Below, in pieces: positions 18,362 to 28,000 of a DNA stretch of 30,432 nucleotides. The stretch is from Candidatus Pacearchaeota archaeon (GTDB lineage Archaea > Nanobdellota > Nanobdellia > Pacearchaeales > GW2011-AR1). Position 1 is the first letter of the stretch, and each line of letters starts with the position of its first letter. A program made the position numbers and the translations under genes. The notes under the pieces were generated by a model. The model did not search any database. It was given only the letters and a program-made list of their open reading frames with translations, and was not told the origin of the DNA. Where the stretch lies: the NCBI GenBank assembly GCA_050124795.1, contig JASFEO010000015.1, positions 1 through 30,432 on the forward strand, in the 5' to 3' direction.

Positions 18362-19366
18362 TCAACATGGTTTCTTCATACCTTTTTTTCCATTTCTCCA
18401 TTTAAAATGTTCAACAACACCTTTTCTTCCTTCCTCAACCAAGGCATTAATTTTTTCCTGTGACAAATCAAAATCAGTTGTCTTAACTCCGATAGTATTA
18501 ATAAAAACAGTTCGATTCCAGTCATTACGATGCAAGTGCCTTTTGTTTGCCCCCTCCATCATAAACCCCAACAACGCAAAAGAATAATCTTTTAAATTTT
18601 TAATAATCCTCGGAACACTTCTCCACCCTTCAGAATTATAATTAATTTCATTAACACTGTCAAGCCGAAAACCCAAAGTCTCGTGATTAAATAAGTAATT
18701 CTCATCAGAATTATAATTAACTCTTTCCCCGTTCTTTTTATCCTCAAGATATTTCAAATTATCAAAAACATTAATTGCATAATTTAAAACAACTCCTCCG
18801 TCAGCCATAATATCATTCTCTTTTTTTACAGACTTAAAATATAAAGGTATGCTCATTGAAATTCTCGCAGCCTCTCTAATCTGCATGTCTGGGCTCGTTT
18901 CATATGAATAAACTTCTGAAAACTGTTTTGACAAATTAGTCCCGACAATATATAAATCCCTAAAATTATTTTTCCCGATTAAATTATGCAATTCCAAAAA
19001 AGTCAAATCCTCTTTTCCGGCTCTTGCTTTAATTAGTTCTCCGATCCAATTATAAAATTTATTTCCCTTGTTCCATCCGAACTTTCTAATAACCCTCAAA
19101 ACATCAAACAAAAAACCAAAATCATTATCAGCAAAATTATTGAAGTTGGTCTCAGAAATTATTTTTGTTACTTCCTTTGCAGAATATCCTAATGAAATTA
19201 AAATAGCAGTTATCGCCCCTGCAGAAGTTCCTGCGACTCTTTTTATTTTTTGTAAAATCTTTTTTTTCTCAAGTTCTTCAAGTGCTCCGCCATAAGCAAT
19301 TCCTTTAACCCCACCACCTTCAAAAACTAAATTCCTGAATTCATTAACTCCTCTTTTCTTAATCAT
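18362..19366 (-). CDS. Patatin-like phospholipase
   Basis: LVFEGGGVKG oxyanion motif, GTSAG nucleophile, SMSIP, DGG. Start set at ATG 19366, with a TATA-like box about 25 nt upstream. Confidence 0.9.
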   Translation of the reverse strand: MIKKRGVNEFRNLVFEGGGVKGIAYGGALEELEKKKILQKIKRVAGTSAGAITAILISLGYSAKEVTKIISETNFNNFADNDFGFLFDVLRVIRKFGWNKGNKFYNWIGELIKARAGKEDLTFLELHNLIGKNNFRDLYIVGTNLSKQFSEVYSYETSPDMQIREAARISMSIPLYFKSVKKENDIMADGGVVLNYAINVFDNLKYLEDKKNGERVNYNSDENYLFNHETLGFRLDSVNEINYNSEGWRSVPRIIKNLKDYSFALLGFMMEGANKRHLHRNDWNRTVFINTIGVKTTDFDLSQEKINALVEEGRKGVVEHFKWRNGKKGMKKPC

Positions 19367-19410
19367 ACAAATAAAGAACATCCCACATTAATAAATATTT
19401 CTAAGATTAT

Positions 19411-20412
19411 TTACGCATCCTTCACTGCACCGAAAACAATATTCCCTGAACAAGTTCCTGCAACATCTCTTGGAACATAAATTCTCCAATAAGTTGCATT
19501 AATTTCTCCATTAATAATATCGTCATCCTTGTAATTCAAATTAAATTGATTCATACTTGGAGAAGAAGTCAGATTAACATAAGTAGCCTCAAATTCAGTT
19601 AAACTCAATGCCCCTGCAGTAGAAGAAGTTACATTATATTTTTCATAATAAACATTAAAAGCAGTATTATCCCCCAGTGTGCAATTCATTGCATAGCCAT
19701 CTCCCTCTGACTGAGCATAGCCTGACAAAAATAAATCAGTCGCAACATTCCCTACATTTGTGACATTTGTAATTTGTTCATCTGATACCTCTGTTGAATT
19801 TACTATTCCATAATTAATTGAATCTGGCAGACCCAAAGCAAGAAGCTCAAGAACACTTTGATTTGCTGAAAGCGTATCACTTCTATTAGTGGAATCATTA
19901 ATTTCCATCCTGCATGTCCACGTTGAAGGATTTGAATAATATTCCAAATCAAAAGTGCAATTAATAATCGCAGTATAATTGTCATCAGAAGACCAACTCA
20001 AAGGAGGAGAGGTATAATTGTAATTAATACTGCATGAATAATTAGAATAGTGATCATTATTATCATCCGCTGCTCCATAAGAAGAATTTGACGCATCAAA
20101 AAGTTCTGCTGATGCATAAGTAATATCAGTATCATTATTATAATCCCTTACTAAAGCCGCGCAATCAACTCTCGTCGTAGAATTAGCAGTCAGAGTTATA
20201 TCTGAATCATAATTCAAAGAAATATTTAATATTTCAGGATAAACCGCTCCGACTTCCAAATAAGTTGTAACTGTTACATTTCCTCCGGTCCCTCCGCTCA
20301 CAAACTCCCCAAAAAAAGGAATTGAAAAAAATCCGGCAAGAATAAATTCCAGAATAATTAGAACTGCTAAAACTAAACTTACTCTATATTTTAATTTGCC
20401 TTTTTCTATCAT
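19411..20412 (-). CDS. Exported beta-rich glycoprotein (candidate filament anchor/adaptor)
   Basis: N-terminal hydrophobic helix, many NxS/T sequons, paired Cys, acidic composition. Co-oriented with the subunit genes, 18 nt after one. Confidence 0.8.
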   Translation of the reverse strand: MIEKGKLKYRVSLVLAVLIILEFILAGFFSIPFFGEFVSGGTGGNVTVTTYLEVGAVYPEILNISLNYDSDITLTANSTTRVDCAALVRDYNNDTDITYASAELFDASNSSYGAADDNNDHYSNYSCSINYNYTSPPLSWSSDDNYTAIINCTFDLEYYSNPSTWTCRMEINDSTNRSDTLSANQSVLELLALGLPDSINYGIVNSTEVSDEQITNVTNVGNVATDLFLSGYAQSEGDGYAMNCTLGDNTAFNVYYEKYNVTSSTAGALSLTEFEATYVNLTSSPSMNQFNLNYKDDDIINGEINATYWRIYVPRDVAGTCSGNIVFGAVKDA

Positions 20413-20430
20413 TTTTTTCCATTTGAAAAT

Positions 20431-21159
20431 TTAACTAAGTTCAACATAAAGGTAATATAAGGTATAACCTGAAAAACCTAAATCTGCATTTTCTGGAACA
20501 ATCATCTGAAAGTCGTAATCCTGACCATCATAACCTGTCGAATCCTCTTCGAGAATAGTCGCATATACAATATTCGAACTATCATACAAAACCATTTCTT
20601 CGAAAGTTGAATCCTGAGTTTGATTGTTCACAAAAGTATTCAATGTAGGGCAACTATTTGCAGTAATTGAAGTGGAACCCACCCAGAATAAACTATGAGT
20701 AGTATCATCGAAAGTAGTAGTAATATTATCATCTATGCTTGTGTGATTAAGCGCAGAATTTTCTGCTTCCATCGTAGTCTCATTTGCACATTCAATTGAA
20801 GACCATGTAACAGTAGTATTTGCCCTCGTTGTATATACTCTTCCACTAATAGATGACAAACTCCAATTATAAATAGTTGCTCCATCCGAATCATCCAAAG
20901 TAAAAGTTCCAGTAACACTACCAATAAAAGCTTTCCAATGGGGGTTCTGAGTAGTAGCGGAAATATTAAAAGACAAGATTCTCCCACCTGAAAGATTAAT
21001 AGCCTGCGCAGAACTAGCAGTCTTAGTTTCATTAGTACCAAAAATAATTGAATCAGGACCTGTCGGATCAGCAGCCAATACAAAATTAATTAATAAAACA
21101 ATAAGTATAACTCCTGATAAAAACCATTCTCTTTTTTTTATTGACTTTTCTTTTTCCAC
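20431..21159 (-). CDS. Secreted ~240-aa protein, paralogue 2 (candidate minor filament subunit)
   Basis: GTG start, signal peptide ending VLA. Full-length similarity to 21211-21930 (YNWSL, FEE, ILEE, DF.M.V, YY.YVEL). Confidence 0.85.
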   Translation of the reverse strand: MEKEKSIKKREWFLSGVILIVLLINFVLAADPTGPDSIIFGTNETKTASSAQAINLSGGRILSFNISATTQNPHWKAFIGSVTGTFTLDDSDGATIYNWSLSSISGRVYTTRANTTVTWSSIECANETTMEAENSALNHTSIDDNITTTFDDTTHSLFWVGSTSITANSCPTLNTFVNNQTQDSTFEEMVLYDSSNIVYATILEEDSTGYDGQDYDFQMIVPENADLGFSGYTLYYLYVELS

Positions 21160-21210
21160 AATCTCTTTTCCTTTTTTTTAACAAAATGTAAAAACAAAAA
21201 TAAAATAAAT

Positions 21211-21930
21211 TTACTCTAACTCTACATAAAAGTAATATGTAGTAGTATCCAAATCTGTTCCATGACCATCCTCTAAAACAAGCATTTCAAAATCATGATC
21301 TACATCATCAAAACCTGCAACACTTGCTTCCTCAAGTATTGAAGCGAACACTGCGTTTGTTGTATCAGTCAATATAACTTCTTCAAAATGCTGGTCCACA
21401 CTTGCCCCGGTATCATCATACAACTGAACACTATCGCATGAATCTGCAACAATCTGTACACTATTCGTATAAAACATATCATGATTTTTTACTGCAAAAG
21501 TTTCATTAAGACCATCAACATCATCAGACGCAATATTATAAGTAGCTTCAAGACCTAAACTATCAGTATCCACATCATAACACGCGATTGATGCCCACGC
21601 AATTGTGCCTGCTGTTGAAGCATAAACTTCACCTTCTGGATCGGCCAGTGACCAATTATACATCACATTATCACTTGCATCAGCCAATTGAATTGTACCT
21701 GAAACATTTCCGTAATAACCTTGCCAACTTTGTGTTGTTGTATAACCTGTGATTGTTATTTCGGTTACATTTCCTGCAAAAGCCGGATTTGTATCAGGAG
21801 CATCTGCTGGTGCAGTTGCGTTTGTTCCTCCAACCACAGTTCCACCTGAAGGAATAATTGCCATTACAACTGACAAAGATAATGTCATAACTAAAACAGA
21901 CATTAAAACTAAACTTCTAAATTTTTCCAC
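21211..21930 (-). CDS. Secreted ~240-aa protein, paralogue 1 (candidate major filament subunit)
   Basis: GTG at 21930 preceded by a GGAGG SD motif; signal peptide ending VMA; motifs AGNVTEITI, QSWQGYYGNVSG, YNWS, GEVYAS, DFEMLV, YYFYVELE. Confidence 0.85.
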   Translation of the reverse strand: MEKFRSLVLMSVLVMTLSLSVVMAIIPSGGTVVGGTNATAPADAPDTNPAFAGNVTEITITGYTTTQSWQGYYGNVSGTIQLADASDNVMYNWSLADPEGEVYASTAGTIAWASIACYDVDTDSLGLEATYNIASDDVDGLNETFAVKNHDMFYTNSVQIVADSCDSVQLYDDTGASVDQHFEEVILTDTTNAVFASILEEASVAGFDDVDHDFEMLVLEDGHGTDLDTTTYYFYVELE

Positions 21931-21967
21931 CCTCTTTTTTCCTCCTTTCATTGATATTAATGAACTC

Positions 21968-22030
21968 ATGCACATTATTGTGCATAATATTTACTCTTTC
22001 AAAGTAAAAATATCTTTATAAACATTTCTA
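21968..22030 (-). promoter_or_regulatory. Promoter (TTTATAAA at 22015-22022) and 5'-leader inverted repeat (21968-21985) of paralogue 1
   Basis: TATA box about 85 nt upstream of the GTG; perfect 7-bp-arm palindrome ATGCACA-ttat-TGTGCAT. Confidence 0.5.
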
Positions 22031-22099
22031 AAAATTTTTTCGGTTTAATAAAAATCCGAATCACCACTGAAAATAAATTTTTATCTTCGAAAAATCAAT

Positions 22100-25000
22100 T
22101 TACCAAACCTCTGCATAAAAAACAACAGAATCTGAATTTGAATCATCATACTCTCTTAATCTTGCAGGAACTCTTAATTCATAATCATAAGTTCCATAAG
22201 CGCCTAACGAATCAGGATTCACCTTTGCAACATAAACTAAATCTTCTTTATCAGCAACATCAAACTCTCCATCAGCGTCGTCAAAACTATCCCATAAAAC
22301 TCCTGTAATAAAATTTGAATTATTAATTGAATCTGCAACAGGAACTAAAGTTAAAGTTTTTCCAAAGACAATAAAACTGCCAAAACCATTTATCTCTCCT
22401 GCCGTCGTATAAACTTCATAAACAGAATCACTTAAATCAGCCATATTAAGCAAAGAATCTATCTCGCTAAAATCATTTGATGAATTATCTCCGTTAGTTT
22501 TCTTGCCAATAGAAATTAAATCCCCCCAGGAAATACTGGACTCAGAATCTGCAACAAAAAGATTTCCGTAATTAAAATTTGTCGCATTCCATGAAATTAA
22601 TCGATCTGTTTGATTGCCTGCTAACTCATACTCGCTCGACGACAAAATATCCCCGTAAAAAAACTGCCATGAACCGATACTAATATTCTGGTTAAGCTGA
22701 TTATTTGTTTCATCAGATTCATTAAAAATATCTCCATAATCAATAGTTACAAAGATTTCATTCACTCCGATCTCTCCGGCAAACTCACTTGTTAAATAAA
22801 CAGTTTCATTTTTATCTAAATCAATAGTTTCATTCTCAATATTAATCCCTCCGCTTGAAGGATTCCCTTGATAAAACCCGACAATAACATTATTAGTATC
22901 TGCGCCCCCTAAATTTTTTACAGTTGCATTGATTAAAATAATCTCTCCCTCATAAGGGTTTGTTGCATTAAAACTAAAATTCTCAATAGTAAAATCAGGA
23001 TAGGTTAGATTGAAAAATCTTGATATACTTGTATTGGCATTCTTTAATTGGTCCCAACAAGTTACATTCCATTCATAATAACCTTCATTTAATCCTGTTA
23101 TTTTTTCTGAATGAGAAATATTGCTTGAAACCCACTGATCCTCCTCGACAACTTGCCCTCCGACAGTCAAATTGCATTGCAGCACATCATCATAAGTATC
23201 AATTGCAGTCCAATTAAAATAAACTTCTCCGTCGTTAATATCAATTCCGGACTCATTATCAGGAGAATTTAAAATAATATTCGGAGGACTTACATCGCGG
23301 ATAAAAATAAAACGGCTTGCATTTACTGCATTTGAATCAGCATCAACACAACCAACAGTCCAGTTATGAATACCTTCACTAATTCCGGAAACAGGATTAA
23401 AAGAATTTTTCTCATTCTTTGTAATATCATAATCAGTCTGATTTAAAATATCATCAATATACAAGCTGCATTCAAGCAACCCAACTGCATCCTGAGGAAG
23501 ATAACTAAAAGTTATTGTAGAATTTGTCGCAGCAGAATCATTAGAAGGGGAAATGAGATTAACTGTTGGCGGGGCAACCATGGAAAAATTTTGCTCATCA
23601 GTCAAATTAACATTCCCTGCTTCGTCCTTGCATTGCACCTGCCAACTATAATTTCCATCATTTCTCAAAACATACTGAATCTCATCTGTTCCATTAGTAA
23701 CATTAATTCCCTCTATTTCAGGATAAGAATCAATAATCAAACTGCAATTCAAATAATCATCAAGATTATCTATAACACTAAAATTAAAAGTGATATTATT
23801 CCAGGTCAAAATTTCATCCGGTTCAGGTTCATTCAAAATAACCCCGGGGATAGTTGTATCAACATAGAAATTTCTTTCTCCATCTGTTCCTGACAAAGAA
23901 GTATCATCAATACACTCAACAGTCCAGTTATGCAATCCCTCTTCAACGTTAAGTGTAAAATTGTTCAATGCCCCGTTCTCGACTGCAGAAGAATTTGTCT
24001 GATTTAAAATTCCATTTATATACAATGAACAATTTACTATGTTATTATCTCCGTCATAAACATTATAAGTAAAAGTAATATTTGAATAATTCATCCAGGT
24101 ATTATTATCAGGCTGATCAAGACTGACTCCCGGAGCTTCATAATTTGTAAAATTTCTTGTCTCACTGGTATTAGCTGTTCCAACATTATCCCAGCATGTA
24201 ACATTCCAAAAATGAACTCCCGGCGAAATAGAATTCACCCTGTTAGTTAAATTCCCATCGAGCACACTAAAATTTGAATCAACCACCTCGGAATCAACAG
24301 TTAAATTACAGGACATATTCGGAGAAAGATTATCTGTAACTGTAAAATTAAATTCAACATTTCCTGAAAAAACATCATCTCCATCAAGAGGTGTAGACAG
24401 ATTTATTAAAGGCGCCACATTATCCCGATAAGCAGTTCTTGATTCAGATGCATAACCAGTCAAGCCGTAAAGATCAGAACACTCAATAGTCCAATTATAA
24501 ATTCCATTTCCAAAATCATTAACTACAAACTCATTCAAATCCCCCTTCATAATCTCAGTTTCATTAGTTCTGTTAAAAGCCCCGTCAATAATTAAAGAAC
24601 AATTCTTCAAATCACTATTGTCATCAGGAGTATACTCAAACTGCAAATTTTCATAAAACCAGGAATCATTAGCAGTATTCAAAACAATATTCGGAACCTC
24701 TTCAATTGTTAAATCTCTTGTTTCACTAGTGTTAACATTCCCCGCCTCATCAGTACAGGTTATATTCCAATTCTGCTCCCCGTCAGTAAGGTTATAAACT
24801 CCTCGGTTAGTCAAATCCCCGCTATTAGCAGTGAAATTAACATCAACCACACTTCCTCCCACAGTCATATTGCACAATAATTCAGAATCAAGAAGATCTG
24901 TAACAGTAAAATTCAAATTCAAATCAGAAGCTGAAGAAACAAACTCATCGTCGGGTAAATTCAAATCAATGCTGGGGGGGGTTGTATCGATATAGATAGC

Positions 25001-28000
25001 TCTCTTCCCTGTCAAAGAACTTAAATTTGCATTATCAGTACAATTAACACTCCAATTATATCCTGAATCAGCAAAACCACTTAAACTAAAATTATTAACC
25101 TCCCCTTCAACAATCGCACTTGTATTAGTTGAATTAAAAACATCATTAATATAAACAGAGCACTCACTTACATCCCCGTTATCAGTAACATTATATTCCA
25201 AAACAATATCACTTGAATTAACCCATGTTGAATCATTAGTCAATTGGGTTACTATCGGGGGGAAATCACTAATACTAAAATTCCTCGTAGAACTGGTATT
25301 AACATTCCCTGCCTCATCAACACAAGTTACATTCCATAAATGGTCCCCGAGATCAACACTATAACTAATCAAAGTGGAATTTCCGCTCTCCGCACTAAAA
25401 CTCTCATTCACTACAGTTTCATCAATAGTTAAATTGCAAACCAAATTTAAATCCAAATTATCTGTAACAGTAAAATTAAAATCCACATTAATCGAAGTCA
25501 AAATTTCATCAGGAACAGGATTATGCAATTCAAAAACAGGCTTTGTGGTATCAACAGTAAACGTCCTAACAGTTTCATCAGTTGCATTCAGCCCCCCGGC
25601 GTCAGTAACATTAACAGTCCAATTATAAACTCCGTCATTAAGAACAAGAGTAAAATTATTTATCTCCCCATTAAGAATTTCTGTTTCATTACTAATGTTT
25701 AGAACATCATTTAAAATCAAAGTTGAATTAATCACATTATCATTTACATCAGTTACATTATAGAATAACTCCACATTGCTTGTATTAAAGTAATAATTAG
25801 TTTCAGGAGAATACAAAATAACCTCCGGTGCCAAATTAGCATCAAGAACTTCTAAATTTCTTATATCTCCGTCATAAGATGAAGAATAACTTGAAATTCC
25901 AATGCATCTTAAATCATTAAAAGAAATGGTATTTGCCTTTAATGAAAAATTTGTATATTGCATGCTGGACACACTTCCAAGTGAATGGGGATTGCTCTCT
26001 CCTGCATCAAGACTCATATTTCCCGACGAAGTCATATCTTCCCAGGATGAACCATTATAATACTGAACATAAACATTTGTATCTGAACATGCCCCAATTG
26101 AACAATTCGCACTGCAAGTAAGATTAAAGACTTCTCCCAAATCAACAGTAGAATTAGTAGCAGGATTTGTCAAATTAACCTCCAAACTCCCCAAAAGATT
26201 AAAATCTGCAAACTGCAAAAAAGACAATCTTAAATCATCCCACGAATGAGAAAAACTCAAATTAGAAGTATCTGCATTATAAACATTGATAACTAATTTT
26301 ATTCTATCTGACTTTTTTAAAACCCAATCATAAGAAGGAGAATCACACGAACCAGTCCATGTTCCGGAGGCAGAACTAATCCTTGTTCCGCCGGTAAAAT
26401 CATCCCCATACTGACAAATTAAAGTTTCTCCTGAACTATTTTTTACATAAGCCTTCCATGTAATATAGCCAACATTATTTGTCGACGCTGTTGCATAAGC
26501 ACTAAAATCCACAAGAGTTGAAGAAGGTATAATCGCCCCGTCGTTTCCAAGATAAGGCGACAGTGCAATAGTCGTCGTGGTTAATTGACTTGGTAACAAA
26601 TCCATGCTAACACCATTCTCTGTTCCGTCTCTGTCAGCATCAAGGGAAATACTTGCTTCACTCGTAAAATCACTAATAGAAGTTTCATAAAACCGATTCT
26701 CCCAGGAATAAACATCAGGCCCGTCAATAGTAATCATCCTCTTTTCACTCGCGCCCTCAAGTCCTCCGGCATCACTGCAATTAATACTCCAATAATAAAC
26801 TCCGTCATCTAAATACACTTCAAAAAATTGAGAAATATTCATAGTAACAGAAGTATCATTCCAAACCTTTTCATCATCAATAACCAAAGAACAAACACTA
26901 ATCTCTCCGTTGTCAGTTGCATTGTATGTAAACATGACAGTATTGCTATAATTCGTTGTTTCATTCACAGGATCAAGAGATGTGACAGTAGGATAACTGG
27001 AATCAATATCAAAAACAATATTGCTTGACGAATACATTACTCCAAGAGTATCGTTGCAATAAAAAGTCACATTATGCTCACTAACACTTAATCCAGTCTC
27101 AGTATTAGAAAAATAAGTAGAATTCACACTAGACATAGTGGTATTGCTTTCCCCATCCAAAGAATAACCACACCAATCTCCCGCACTATCCAAACTAACA
27201 TTAAAATCAATAGTTGTATCAGAATATGTTTGCTCAAGAGGAGAAACCACAGTCAAAAAAGTTACAGGTGCCTCGCCAATTTCCACAACAAACCATTCCA
27301 CATCCTGAGTCTGAGTCGGAGTCCCTTTTAAAAATCTCAGATTTGTCTCACTAGTTAAAGAGTTAACTAAAAAAGCATTAGCAAAAGTTGTTCCGCCGCC
27401 AGTGCTGTCGTGCGACTCAAGTGAAAAAGTCTGATTTAACTGAACAGAACTTATTGTTTCATCAACTGCAGAAGAACCTGATACGCTCCTTGAACCGCTC
27501 TGAACATAAAACTGGTCTTTCTCAACAACAAAATACTCAATCTCATAAGTTACTGATCCGCCGTTTTTTGAGAACTCAATATCATCTTCATCAACAAAAT
27601 AACCTCTAAAATGAGTGTCCTGCAAAGAAGTTGCTCCGCTAATAGCCCGTGAAAACAACAAAAAACTCCTTGAAGTATTCACAGAAGTTCCAAGAGTATC
27701 AGAAGGAGTTGTTCCGGAACCCGATAAAGATCCTGACTGAACAAATGCCTCATCCCATTCAATCGCCTGATAATGAAGTTCCCCCGCTGTTCCGGTTGTT
27801 CCCCTTGAAAAATCAAGACCAGTAGTTCCACCATACTCAACTGTCCAAAAACCCCTTACATTCTCAGAAGTTGTTCCGGAATTAAGCCGATTGCTCACAG
27901 TTGCAAAACTCTCACTCAAATCAACTGAATTTATCGTCGCAGACTCACTTCCAGAAGAAGTACCATACTCAACATTTCCTCTTTGAACATAAATATCCGG

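Noticed and set aside
18362-19366. CBASS CapV-type effector
   Set aside because: No CD-NTase or other CBASS gene is recognisable in the window.
19411-21930. Type IV pilin/archaellin identity for the small exported proteins
   Set aside because: They lack a class III signal peptide with a retained hydrophobic N-terminal helix. The two paralogues look like class I signal peptides (VLA, VMA), and no assembly ATPase or TadC is adjacent.
22064-22074. CCACTGAAAAT matching part of the IS terminal repeat in inverted orientation
   Set aside because: Only 11 bp, lacks the terminal GGC, and has no transposase or target duplication; likely chance.
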